In this document: piece after piece, positions 21,019-30,562 of the stretch | How the letters are laid out: each line of letters begins with the position of its first letter | How positions within the stretch are numbered: position 1 is the first letter of the stretch | From: Promethearchaeota archaeon | GTDB taxonomy: Archaea; Asgardarchaeota; Lokiarchaeia; Sigyniarchaeales; SOKP01 | Length of the DNA: 64,000 nt | Direction: 5' to 3' | Assembly (NCBI GenBank): GCA_016839765.1 | Contig: JAEOTP010000043.1 | Span: 1-64,000, forward strand | Position numbers and translations under genes: made by a program | Notes under the pieces: model-generated | Told to the model about the DNA's origin: nothing | Databases searched by the model: none | What the model saw: only the letters and a program-made list of their open reading frames with translations

Positions 21019-21756
21019 TTACTCAAATTTGCCGGTATACTCAGGAAAACTTTCTGGTGGCCATGCTTTAGGAGTATTACCAATTCGAGAGTAGCGGTGA
21101 TCACAACCAGGAGCCCCATTTGCAAGGGATTGAGTACGCGATAGACCAAATCCAAGGACATGTGCTTGAGCAAAATCAATAAGACATGCGAATGGAGCAT
21201 ATTTTTCTGCTCCTAATTTTTTATATGCTTTATGAATCGCACATTCAGATACATTCAAGCCGTAATCGAAATCTTCATTTTTACCATCCACGAATTCCAT
21301 AACCCAATTATCAGGATATTTCCTCTTCAATGTATCATTACAATGTGTCTTTGCAGAATTAATAAAAACATCATCAAAGTAAAGATCTAATAGATTCATC
21401 CCTTTCTTTTCTGCTCGTTCTATAGCATTTTTTATTTCTATCTCAGTAAATTTATTAGCAAAATCCCCAATTTCTCGATATGTATATCCTTCCTTTTCAA
21501 GTATAAAAAACATTGCTAATAATGATACTTTATCTGTAATTATTGAGATAAAGAGGTTCCTTTTTCCTCCGACATCGATCATTTTGGTTAAAATGTCTTC
21601 ATATTCCTTTCGCATTTGAGTGATTAGATCCTCTGATTTAGATTCATCAAATCTCTCCATTAAGAGATCCTTAGCAATTTTTAGAGAATATCCAAACCTT
21701 TTCATCAATTTTGATTTATTTTTTACATAATAATCTTTAACACTTTTATTTGACAT
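21019..21756 (-). CDS. L-2-amino-thiazoline-4-carboxylate hydrolase-like (ATC hydrolase/V4R-like) protein
   Basis: GLNVSECAI, ACLIDF and RTQSLANGAPGCDHRY Cys pattern. Confidence 0.8.
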   Translation of the reverse strand: MSNKSVKDYYVKNKSKLMKRFGYSLKIAKDLLMERFDESKSEDLITQMRKEYEDILTKMIDVGGKRNLFISIITDKVSLLAMFFILEKEGYTYREIGDFANKFTEIEIKNAIERAEKKGMNLLDLYFDDVFINSAKTHCNDTLKRKYPDNWVMEFVDGKNEDFDYGLNVSECAIHKAYKKLGAEKYAPFACLIDFAQAHVLGFGLSRTQSLANGAPGCDHRYSRIGNTPKAWPPESFPEYTGKFE

Positions 21757-21934
21757 TTAATATCACTTTTAATGAGATTAGGTTTATTTATTGATTAATT
21801 CAAAAGAAAGAAAACTAATTTTTAAATTTAGACTAAAATATTGTTAACAAGCCACTGAGATTATTCAAAAATCGTATAAAGCTTATATTAATCCTTTTAA
21901 ATCTTGAAATATATTAAAAAAATCATGAATAAAG

Positions 21935-22005
21935 GAAAAAACGCCCTTTTATTGAAGTGATTAAAATATGGAAATGGAAAAATATATTCTCAAGGGCGCT
22001 TTTTC
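21935..22005 (-). ncRNA. Putative stem-loop RNA or repeated element, copy 2
   Basis: Same arms and loop as 20857..20940, with a different single mismatch that is again G-U on the minus strand. Confidence 0.55.
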
Positions 22006-22183
22006 AATACATTCATACAAATATGTACATATAACTCTTTGCATTTTTATGCCCGTTTTTTATTAAAAAATCGAAATATTTTTAATAATTCTCATAATAA
22101 AAACGAAGAAAGAAGCAGATTTACTTACAATCTCTAAAATTATGACTTATTACTTGATTAAATCAACCTTATTTAATGTTGTA

Positions 22184-22211
22184 ATTTCGTGAAATCATCG
22201 TTTCACGAAAT
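22184..22211. repeat. Perfect 11-bp inverted repeat ATTTCGTGAAA-N6-TTTCACGAAAT downstream of tRNA-Gly
   Basis: Seen directly. The half-site recurs at about 58696. Confidence 0.7.
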
Positions 22212-22252
22212 GTTTACCTGAGATTTTTTATTTAACATTGATAGAATTAGAA

Positions 22253-22323
22253 TGCGTCGTCCGGGGATCGAACCCGGGTCACTGGCTTGGAAGGCCAGAA
22301 TCCTACCGCTAGACTAACGACGC
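22253..22323 (-). tRNA. tRNA-Gly(TCC)
   Basis: GCGTCGT/ACGACGC acceptor stem, CTGGC-CTTCCAA-GCCAG anticodon arm, GGTTCGATCC T-arm. Confidence 0.95.
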
Positions 22324-22377
22324 TATGGTATGATCAAAAAGAAAACATTTCTTATAACTTTACTGCTTTCTCGGCTT

Positions 22378-23052
22378 TTATTTGATATCATTTATTATTT
22401 CATAAAAACTAATAATTTTACCCACAACAATCCAAGCATCTAAAGAATATTGGGAAATTGAAATAATTCTATTACTCAATTCCAAGGTTTCTTTTGAAAA
22501 AGTGCCTTTTTGGAAACCACCTATTATTATAATATAATTTTTAGAAGTATCTTTTTGGAAGATATCTAAATGATGTTGGATTAAACCTCCCCTGCTTGAA
22601 AATAGTAATACTTCTTTCTTTTTAATTATTTTTATTAATTCTCTGAGATTTTCCTTGAGTTCTTTAATTAAATAGCTTTTTTCGAATTCAATCTTACCAT
22701 CTATTAGGAGTTTTGCAATCAAACCTTTAAATCTGTTGTAATTTCGGGTGATTCTTATTTCAGGATTTAATTCAAAGATACGATTATTTACGGTATGAAA
22801 ATAAATTTTGAGTTGTTTATTTTTATTTAATGGAGAGCCTAATGCATTAAGTAGACAATTATGAAGAATATCAGGACGCCCTCTTTTTTCGAAATTATTT
22901 AGCTTTACCATAGCAGAGTGGTGTAGAGCATTATCTAAAAGTTGGGATGAATAATTCTTACTTCTGATATTTTTCTTTACAGAAGGATGATCTCTAATTT
23001 CTTTTGGAATGAGTTCTAATCCACACTCTGCTATAATTAAGGTTAGAGCCAT
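22378..23052 (-). CDS. nep1: 16S rRNA pseudouridine N1-methyltransferase Nep1/Emg1 (SPOUT)
   Basis: RGRPDILH, SPLNK, RITRNYNRFKGL and IIGGFQKG motifs. Confidence 0.92.
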   Translation of the reverse strand: MALTLIIAECGLELIPKEIRDHPSVKKNIRSKNYSSQLLDNALHHSAMVKLNNFEKRGRPDILHNCLLNALGSPLNKNKQLKIYFHTVNNRIFELNPEIRITRNYNRFKGLIAKLLIDGKIEFEKSYLIKELKENLRELIKIIKKKEVLLFSSRGGLIQHHLDIFQKDTSKNYIIIIGGFQKGTFSKETLELSNRIISISQYSLDAWIVVGKIISFYEIINDIK

Positions 23053-23103
23053 AATCTTAAATTAAATTTATGTAATTTTTAAAAGGAAATTAAATTCTTT
23101 TAA

Positions 23104-23436
23104 TTATATACTTTTTGTTTTAATATAATAGCGTGTAATTTTATTGCAATCCAGACATATCATTGATATATGAGTTGCTTTTCCAAGTGAATGTAATCTT
23201 ATTCTACAGTTTAACCCTGGATAAAGAAAATTCTTACATTTATGACATATTCTTTTCTTCCAAATTGGAGGAATCTTAATTTTTGCTCTTTGAGCATATT
23301 TCCTTGCTAAAGATATGTATCGGTTCGCTAAATCTTTTTGACTGGGAAAAATTTCATGAGCTCGCTTAAATAGAAAGTTTATCCTTGTTTTTGCTATTTG
23401 TTTAATAATTCCTTTATTAATTTTCTTTTTAGGCAT
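23104..23436 (-). CDS. rnp4: RNase P protein component 4 (Rpp21)
   Basis: IAKTRINFLF, LANRYI, CHKC...CLDC. Confidence 0.9.
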   Translation of the reverse strand: MPKKKINKGIIKQIAKTRINFLFKRAHEIFPSQKDLANRYISLARKYAQRAKIKIPPIWKKRICHKCKNFLYPGLNCRIRLHSLGKATHISMICLDCNKITRYYIKTKSI

Positions 23437-23443
23437 AATTTGT

Positions 23444-23734
23444 TCATTTATTAGAACTTTTCAATTCTTTTTTATTAATGGGAAATTTTGATAATATAAT
23501 TTGTTTCCCTCGTAAATCTAAAACATTTGAATTCGTTAATTTTGAAATTTTTTCTGATAAAGCTGCGATATTTGATTTAGTTGCTACTGATCTCAATGCC
23601 TTAATTTTAATGAATTTATATCTTTTTAATAAACTAGCTACATGCGTTATAAAGTCATCAGTAATACCATTTTTTCCCAAAATACAATGCGGTCTTGATA
23701 ATAATACTTTTTTATATTCTTCTCGGTAATCCAT
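23444..23734 (-). CDS. YhbY/CRM RNA-binding protein
   Basis: LGKNGIT, IKIK and DLRGK motifs; conserved position between rnp4 and rps19e. Confidence 0.85.
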   Translation of the reverse strand: MDYREEYKKVLLSRPHCILGKNGITDDFITHVASLLKRYKFIKIKALRSVATKSNIAALSEKISKLTNSNVLDLRGKQIILSKFPINKKELKSSNK

Positions 23735-23831
23735 TATCCCAAAATACTTAAAATACCAAAAAATTTTTAATTTATTTAATCTTTTTACATCTATTATAAT
23801 ATATTAAAGAATAATTGAATTAAAGATTAGC

Positions 23832-24251
23832 ATGTCTATATACATCGTTGAACCGGCAAAACTCATTAAAACTATTGCAGATAAATTAAAGGAATACCCT
23901 GAAATTAACCCTCCAGAAGGAAGTCAATATTGGAAAACGGCATTTTTTAAAGAATTAGCCCCTTTAGATTCAGAAAATTTTTGGTATATTCGTTGTGCTT
24001 CAATATTGCGAAAAGTAAGAAAGTTTGGGCCTATAGGAGTTAATAGACTTAGAAAACATTATGGAGGGAAAAATAGAAAAGGCTCTGGATTAAATCATAG
24101 TGGAAGAGGAGGCGGAAAAATTATTAGACTAGCGTTGCAGCAATTAGAGGATGCTAACTTACTAATGAAGAAAGAAAAAACAGGAAGAATAGTCTCACCC
24201 GAAGGAATTAGCCTTTTAGAAAGAACTGCTCATAGTATTTTGAGAAAATAA
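23832..24251 (+). CDS. rps19e: Ribosomal protein eS19
   Basis: WYIRCASILRK, YGGKNRKG and IIRLALQQLE motifs. Confidence 0.95.
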   Translation: MSIYIVEPAKLIKTIADKLKEYPEINPPEGSQYWKTAFFKELAPLDSENFWYIRCASILRKVRKFGPIGVNRLRKHYGGKNRKGSGLNHSGRGGGKIIRLALQQLEDANLLMKKEKTGRIVSPEGISLLERTAHSILRK

Positions 24252-24289
24252 TAATTATATGTATATTAAGTTTTATTTAGGGATTTTAA

Positions 24290-24628
24290 TTGAGTGATGA
24301 AGAAGAACTGGAAACCATTAGGAAAAGAAAATTAGAACAGTTAAAGCAACAAGCAATTCAACAACAATTAGCAGAACAACAACAAAAAGATTTTGAAAAT
24401 AAAAAATATCAATTAATGAGGTTAATTTTGAGCCAAGAGGGAAGACAAAGATTAGAAAATATCAGAATGGTAAAACCCCAATTTGCTGAACAAATAGAAA
24501 TACAATTAATTCAGTTATTTCAGGCAGGACGATTAAAGGGAGCTGCTCCATTATCAGATAATGCATTTAAGAAATTATTAACACAAATATCCTCTAGAGG
24601 AAAAAAAGAATTTAATATTAAAAAGTAA
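24290..24628 (+). CDS. PDCD5-like dsDNA-binding protein
   Basis: ELETIRKRKL and RQRLENIRMVKP motifs; conserved position after rps19e. Confidence 0.92.
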   Translation: MSDEEELETIRKRKLEQLKQQAIQQQLAEQQQKDFENKKYQLMRLILSQEGRQRLENIRMVKPQFAEQIEIQLIQLFQAGRLKGAAPLSDNAFKKLLTQISSRGKKEFNIKK

Positions 24629-24645
24629 ATCTTTGGTGAAGAAGT

Positions 24646-24807
24646 ATGGCAAGAAATAAAGACTTACCTTCGAAATTGAGAAGGGCTAAAAATTCGAAAC
24701 AAAATAGGTCTGTACCTAATTGGGTTATAAGAAGAACGAAGGGCAGTATAAGAAATAGTCCATATTCTAGAAGAGAATGGCGAAATAGTCGTTTAAAGAG
24801 AGATTAA
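24646..24807 (+). CDS. rpl39e: Ribosomal protein eL39 (missing from the ORF track)
   Basis: Translated by hand: MARNKDLPSKLRRAKNSKQNRSVPNWVIRRTKGSIRNSPYSRREWRNSRLKRD*. GGTGA SD upstream. Confidence 0.95.
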   Translation: MARNKDLPSKLRRAKNSKQNRSVPNWVIRRTKGSIRNSPYSRREWRNSRLKRD

Positions 24808-24809
24808 AT

Positions 24810-25271
24810 ATGGCAAAAAAGAAAGGTAAAGAAGTAAGCTTAGATGATTTAGAAAAGGAACTCTCAGAAGATGAATTGGAAGAAATAGCAGAACCAATAG
24901 AAGAAAACATTGAAGAAATTGAAGAATTTAGCTTAGACGAAATCGCTGAAGAAGAAGAAGTTAGTGAAGTTTTTGAAGAAGCAGTAGAAGAAATTGAAGA
25001 AGAGGCTCCCAAAGAAGAAATAATTGATGAAAGAATATATATAATACCTTTAGCAAAAGCACGAAAGGGTCCACGTACAAAATGGGCTAAAAAAAGTGTG
25101 AGATATCTCAAGGAATTTATGGAGCGCCATTTTAAACCAGAATCTTTAATTATTTCACAAGAAGTCAATGAACAAATATGGTCACGTGGAATTCAAAAGC
25201 CTCCAAGAAAGTTAAAAGTAAGAGCTACCAAAAATATTGATGGCTTAGTAGTGGTTTATCTCCAGAAATAG
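24810..25271 (+). CDS. rpl31e: Ribosomal protein eL31 with a long acidic N-terminal extension
   Basis: Core ERIYIIPL..VNEQIWSRGIQKPP; about 70 Glu-rich residues precede it. Confidence 0.92.
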   Translation: MAKKKGKEVSLDDLEKELSEDELEEIAEPIEENIEEIEEFSLDEIAEEEEVSEVFEEAVEEIEEEAPKEEIIDERIYIIPLAKARKGPRTKWAKKSVRYLKEFMERHFKPESLIISQEVNEQIWSRGIQKPPRKLKVRATKNIDGLVVVYLQK

Positions 25272-25328
25272 GTATATTAGATTTATAAATTAATCAAAAA
25301 GCTTTTTCTTATAGTTTTTAAAAAAAAA

Positions 25329-27575
25329 TTAAAAAAGTGTGTGAGTAGTACTCACGTTTACTAATCTCGGCAGTATAATACTTGAATTATATTTAGGCCC
25401 TACAAGTAAAGTATTATTTGCAATATTGTAATTTAAATAACTCTGGGCTAATGGAACACCTGTATTTGGATTAATAGCAAAACGAGGATAATTAGAACTT
25501 GAAATTGCTATGCGTATTCTATGCCCTGGTGCAAAATAGTAAGCACTTGACCAGCAATCTACCATTAATTCATATACATCTAGGTGGTTACCTGACATAA
25601 AAACATCTGTTGTATAATTATATCGGCTCCTAACTGTTAAGGAACCATCAGTTACCAACATTGAACGGTTATCTGGGTATACATCTGTTAATTTTAATGT
25701 GAAATCTGTATCTGTACAGTTAGAAGATACAAATAAATGCCCCCAAATCCTTCCAACTGTTATTACTGGTTCGGTTAGGATTGGTGTTTCGAATACCAAA
25801 ACGTCACTTCTATTTTCAATACTTCGTTGGTCCATTGGTCCTGCTAAATCAAATGGTTGGTTTTGTCCTCCAAGATTTGGAATAGGATTGCGAGGATCAA
25901 ATAGGTAAGAAAAGTTTTTATTAATTAAACCAGCTGATACATTACTTAATCTTCCATCTGCTGTGAAGTACCATTCATCATTCACATGATCAAGAGGCCA
26001 ATCATATGCGTAACGCCAATAATTCCACTTATCTGAGGTTTCTATCGTAGAGCCCATTAAATAATAGGCAACTCTAGCACCATCCCAACTTGTTGGATTA
26101 TTAAGTAAAGCCTCATCAAAAACTTCATATTCCCAATTTAATATCAAATCAAAACCGTTCGAATTATCTGGATATAATAATTCTCCTTGTTTACCCCCAT
26201 AAATTGATCCGTGTGTCCATGGTCCCATTATTAATTTTTGATGTTCTTGAGCTCTTGTTGTTCCATAATCATCATATCCTATGTAACCATCTATAGTACC
26301 TTGAAGAAAGTGGTCATACCACCCTCCAACATGAATTCCATAAACTGAAATTTTAGAATAATTTGGTCCGGTGGGATTAGATAAGGAAGTAGAATTATAC
26401 ATTAATTCATCTTTAGGCATGTATTTAAAAATAGTTTCAAGTTGATAGTGCCAGTTATTTGGGGATGTACTTTTTACCCATGTCTCAACTGATGACTTAT
26501 GGTACGATCCTTGATAAATAGCGTGATCATATAATTCAGGAGTTCCAAACCAAAGTTGTTGAGCCATTAATCCTTCAGGGTTCATTCCAGCATAAAAGTA
26601 TTGATTAATACAGAGTGCAGAAACTCCTGCACTGGCGATTTTTCCGTTAGACCACTGTTGATCAAGTATCCAATTTATAGTATCAACACCATCATGATAA
26701 GATTCGATAAAAAGTAAAGATTTATCCCCTCCTTCAGAATTATGAGTTCCTCTTAAATCTTGTATAACTACGTGATAATCTTGAATTAAATAGTAAGGGA
26801 GATATAAATCATCTGCCCAACCTGATTTACCATATGGGGTTCTTATTAAAATCACGGGTTTTGGCCTACCAAAAGATCCAGGAGCAAAATATACATCTGT
26901 AGCTAAATGAATTCCATCTCGCATAGGAACCATATATGTAATTTTATCTGGAACGTTGTATATAGCAGTACTACCAATTATAAATATAGGTAAAGTAATC
27001 ATAAAAATTAGACCTACGTATTGTAATTCTTTTGGAAGTTGATTGATCTTTCGCTTTTTGTATTTCTGTAATAATGAAGAAAGAGAGAGTGATGAAATTT
27101 TTATTCCATAATATAAAATCATAATGATACTTAATCCTATTGCAGCTAAAGCATAATAATTCGGATTGATAAAAGTGTACCAGATAATACCCATAATTGG
27201 TACTATTATACTAATAAGAATACCAGTAATTTTTAATGAGGTAATATTCTTCTTTCTGCTTAATTCTTTAAAGTAATTTCCAGCCATCATTAGAGAATAA
27301 AATGAAATAAATAAGGCAATAGGAAAGTACAGTATCCCTAATAAAATTAAAATTAATTGCTTCATACTGAAATAGAGGGTTTCAGTTTTATTGAATAATT
27401 GTTCTTTTTTTAGAAGTTCATTATTGTAACCTTTAATGTAATTAAGAACATAGCTGGAAATATATAATCCTCTACAAATTAGTAATAGCGGTAAATTGAA
27501 AGTTAACATTTGTTCTAGACTTAAAATACCATATGAGTCAAGAAAATAGAAAAAGGCGAGTATCCAATTAATCAT
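25329..27575 (-). CDS. Membrane-anchored CocE/NonD (S15) alpha/beta hydrolase
   Basis: VPMRDGIHLATDVY, IRTPYGK, QDLRG, WSNGKI, GGWYD, MGPWTH and ISSSNYPRF motifs; N-terminal TM bundle. Confidence 0.9.
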   Translation of the reverse strand: MINWILAFFYFLDSYGILSLEQMLTFNLPLLLICRGLYISSYVLNYIKGYNNELLKKEQLFNKTETLYFSMKQLILILLGILYFPIALFISFYSLMMAGNYFKELSRKKNITSLKITGILISIIVPIMGIIWYTFINPNYYALAAIGLSIIMILYYGIKISSLSLSSLLQKYKKRKINQLPKELQYVGLIFMITLPIFIIGSTAIYNVPDKITYMVPMRDGIHLATDVYFAPGSFGRPKPVILIRTPYGKSGWADDLYLPYYLIQDYHVVIQDLRGTHNSEGGDKSLLFIESYHDGVDTINWILDQQWSNGKIASAGVSALCINQYFYAGMNPEGLMAQQLWFGTPELYDHAIYQGSYHKSSVETWVKSTSPNNWHYQLETIFKYMPKDELMYNSTSLSNPTGPNYSKISVYGIHVGGWYDHFLQGTIDGYIGYDDYGTTRAQEHQKLIMGPWTHGSIYGGKQGELLYPDNSNGFDLILNWEYEVFDEALLNNPTSWDGARVAYYLMGSTIETSDKWNYWRYAYDWPLDHVNDEWYFTADGRLSNVSAGLINKNFSYLFDPRNPIPNLGGQNQPFDLAGPMDQRSIENRSDVLVFETPILTEPVITVGRIWGHLFVSSNCTDTDFTLKLTDVYPDNRSMLVTDGSLTVRSRYNYTTDVFMSGNHLDVYELMVDCWSSAYYFAPGHRIRIAISSSNYPRFAINPNTGVPLAQSYLNYNIANNTLLVGPKYNSSIILPRLVNVSTTHTLF

Positions 27576-27721
27576 GATTAATTATTAGATTGTCTATATT
27601 TATAAAGATTATTTATTAGAAAAAATACACTATAAGCAAAAGCCTTTTAGGAATTCTATGAAAAAATATTTATGGTTTGTAAGTTTATTTTACCAAACAG
27701 TATTTTATTTACTTCTTATAA

Positions 27722-28402
27722 ATGTCAATTCTCAAGTATCAACTTTACGGAAAAAACTCTGTTGGAGTCTATCTTACTGTTAATAATTCATTTGGTCTCT
27801 ATCCAACTACATTATTAAACTTTGCAATAAAAAAAATAAAAAGTACATTTAAAGAACCTTTTTTTCCGTTATCTATTAACAACTCAACTCTTTTAGGAGT
27901 GTATGCTGCCAGTAATAGGTATGGAATTATTGTACCACATATTATAAGAGATGATGAGCTCAATATTTTAACCGATTATACTAAAAGTATTAATGATAAT
28001 TATCAAATCGGAGTAATTAAATCTATAGATAATGCTTATGGAAATTTGATTTTATGTAATGATAAGGGAGCTATTATTAGTTCTTTATTAAAGGATTTCA
28101 AACATGAAATTGAGAATATTTTGAATGTAGAAACCGAAATTTTTGAGTTTGCGGAAAATTATTTACCGGGATCTATTGGATTAGTAAATAATTGTGGTTG
28201 TGTTGTCCATCCACTAACTACTGACGAAGAAATAGAGCATGTTTCTTCATTTTTAAAGATTGATGAAATAGATGTATCAACTGTCAATAGAGGAATTCCA
28301 TATCTCTCCTCAGGAGCTATCGTGAATGATAATAGTGGTATTTTTGGATTAGCTTGCACTGGACCCGAAATGATGCGAATGACAGATATCCTTGGGCTTT
28401 AA
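27722..28402 (+). CDS. eif6: Translation initiation factor 6
   Basis: GNLILCNDKGA, GCVVHP and STVNRG motifs. Confidence 0.93.
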   Translation: MSILKYQLYGKNSVGVYLTVNNSFGLYPTTLLNFAIKKIKSTFKEPFFPLSINNSTLLGVYAASNRYGIIVPHIIRDDELNILTDYTKSINDNYQIGVIKSIDNAYGNLILCNDKGAIISSLLKDFKHEIENILNVETEIFEFAENYLPGSIGLVNNCGCVVHPLTTDEEIEHVSSFLKIDEIDVSTVNRGIPYLSSGAIVNDNSGIFGLACTGPEMMRMTDILGL

Positions 28403-28564
28403 GGCAATTTCTTAGAGTATCGTTAGAAATTTTTTACGATTTTTTTATTTAATTAGGCTTTTGAAAGAGTATAATTTCATGAAGTTTAAAATTAAAAAGA
28501 AAAATTTAATATTTTTAAAATATTATCAACTTTAAGCTCGCTGATACAAGGGATTTGATATATT

Positions 28565-28792
28565 ATGTCAGAGATAAAAATTTATCGCATTATTGGTATT
28601 TATTATAAGAATCATAAGAAATATTTATTTCGAAAAGAAGAACGCGCATTAAAAAGAGAAGACGCATTAGAAAAAGCCTTAAGTCAAATAACTTCTATTG
28701 GTATTCTTAGGAGACAGATAAAGATTCAAGAAATAAAGGAAATATCTCCAGAAGAAGCTCAAGATTACCTCATTCGTGAATTATCGCAATAA
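28565..28792 (+). CDS. rpl18a: Ribosomal protein eL20 (L18a/LX)
   Basis: IYRIIG..FRKEERA..ALEK..RRQIKIQEIKEI; lies between eif6 and prefoldin. Confidence 0.85.
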   Translation: MSEIKIYRIIGIYYKNHKKYLFRKEERALKREDALEKALSQITSIGILRRQIKIQEIKEISPEEAQDYLIRELSQ

Positions 28793-28824
28793 ATCTTATA
28801 TATATTTTTTTATGGTTAATAAAA

Positions 28825-29247
28825 ATGGAAAAGAATCAAAATCTTCAAAACCAGCTATATCAACTAAGGATTCTTAGGGAACAATATGATATGTATCAAG
28901 GGCAACTAGAAATAATAAATGCCTCACTTGGAAACTATCTTAATACAAAATATACACTCCAAAATTTAAAAGGGGGAGTCAAAGAGGATGATGAAATCTT
29001 AATTCCTATTGGAGGTATAGTAGGAGTTAAAGCCTCAATTCAAGATACTCAAAAGTTTTTATTATTTATCGGAAAAGATACTGTAATTGAAAAAAGCGTT
29101 GATGAATCCATTGAATATATTGAGAAACTTATTCAACAACATAAAGAGCAAATAAAATCCATCTCTGAAATTGTTCAGAAATTGGATTTGAACATTCAAG
29201 GAATGTCTCAATCAATTCAGAATAGCTATTCAGAAAAACCACCTTAA
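28825..29247 (+). CDS. pfdA: Prefoldin subunit alpha
   Basis: Coiled coil, EILIPIGG..IG..VIEKS hairpins, coiled coil. Confidence 0.9.
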   Translation: MEKNQNLQNQLYQLRILREQYDMYQGQLEIINASLGNYLNTKYTLQNLKGGVKEDDEILIPIGGIVGVKASIQDTQKFLLFIGKDTVIEKSVDESIEYIEKLIQQHKEQIKSISEIVQKLDLNIQGMSQSIQNSYSEKPP

Positions 29248-29288
29248 GAAAGCTACTTTTATAGAGAAAGGTTTTGTTAATATATTAG

Positions 29289-30206
29289 GTGAATCTATTC
29301 ATGCTCGAAAAATTAAAGGATGTATTTTCTAGTTTTGTAAAAAAGACGTTATCTGATGATAAGATTGATAAAGCCTTGCATGAATTAAATCTGCTTTTAA
29401 TAAGTAATGATGTTGCGGCAGAAACTGCTGATGTGCTATGTAATAGTATTAAGGATTGCTTAAGGGGTGAACAAATTGGGAGACTATCATCAAAACAGAA
29501 GTATTTATTTGAAATTTTAAAAGAAACAATTACTGATATTTTGACACCCGATCAAGAAATAAGTCTATTAGATGAAATAAAGAAAAAAAAAGCTAATAAC
29601 TTACCATATATAATGGTATTTCTTGGAGTCAATGGAACCGGGAAAACAACTACTATTGCAAAAATAGCATATTATTTAAAAAAAAATAATATTAGCTCTG
29701 TTGCTGCAGCCTCAGATACTTTTCGAGCAGCTGCTATAGAGCAATTAACCTATCATATGGAAAGGGTCGGGATAAGAGTAATTAAGCATAGCTATAATTC
29801 AGATCCTGCGAGCGTTGCATATGACGCAATTCAGCATGCCACAGCAAAAGGAATTGATGTAGTATTAGTTGATACTGCCGGTAGACAAGTTAGTAATAAA
29901 AATTTAATAATAGAGCTGCAAAAAATTGTTAGAATTGCCGAACCAGATTTAATTGTTTTTGTTGGTGATAGCCTTGCTGGTAACGATGCTTTAATTCAAG
30001 CTAAAGAATTTAAAAATAATGTTGGAATAGATGCTAATATTTTAACCAAACTTGATGCAGATGCTAAGGGAGGAGCTGCTTTATCGATTTCTTTCGAAAC
30101 AAAAAAGCCAATACTATTTGTAGGAACAGGACAAAATTATGATGATCTAAAACCTTTTGATAAAAATTATTTCATTTCAAATATACTAGAGTTGAATGAA
30201 AGCTAA
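29289..30206 (+). CDS. ftsY: SRP receptor FtsY
   Basis: GVNGTGKTTT, DTFRAAA, DTAGR and TKLDADAKGG motifs. Confidence 0.95.
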   Translation: MNLFMLEKLKDVFSSFVKKTLSDDKIDKALHELNLLLISNDVAAETADVLCNSIKDCLRGEQIGRLSSKQKYLFEILKETITDILTPDQEISLLDEIKKKKANNLPYIMVFLGVNGTGKTTTIAKIAYYLKKNNISSVAAASDTFRAAAIEQLTYHMERVGIRVIKHSYNSDPASVAYDAIQHATAKGIDVVLVDTAGRQVSNKNLIIELQKIVRIAEPDLIVFVGDSLAGNDALIQAKEFKNNVGIDANILTKLDADAKGGAALSISFETKKPILFVGTGQNYDDLKPFDKNYFISNILELNES

Positions 30207-30262
30207 ATAAAATTGTTCTTGATATTAGTTAACTTTTTTAAATATTCAGTTTTAACTTATTT

Positions 30263-30514
30263 GTGTCAAAACAATACCCAAAATATGATAAATACGAAAA
30301 ATTCGATAAAAAGAAAAAACCAAGTTTATATGAAAGGATTGGAATTTTTTTTCGGAACACTAAGCGTATATTAAAAATTGCCAATAAACCTGGAAGAAAA
30401 GATTATTTTCTTGTTTTTAAGATATGTACCATTGGATTAGTAATTCTAGGTGCTGTGTCTTACGTAATTCAATTAATTTTTACGATTATAAATGATGCTT
30501 TAGGTATAAGGTAA
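30263..30514 (+). CDS. secE: Protein translocase SecE/Sec61-gamma
   Basis: RILKIANKP..Y followed by a C-terminal TM helix. Confidence 0.9.
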   Translation: MSKQYPKYDKYEKFDKKKKPSLYERIGIFFRNTKRILKIANKPGRKDYFLVFKICTIGLVILGAVSYVIQLIFTIINDALGIR

Positions 30515-30562
30515 AAAGTTACTTATTTATATTAATTAATTTTTTAAACTCTCTTAATAATT

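Noticed and set aside
20899-22065. MEMEK.. micro-ORFs on the + strand of the two repeated elements
   Set aside because: The reading frames diverge after five codons (15 versus 32 aa) while base pairing is conserved, favouring an RNA or DNA structure.
24767-25168. Ser-rich 133-aa minus-strand ORF
   Set aside because: Antisense shadow of the GAA-rich eL31 extension.
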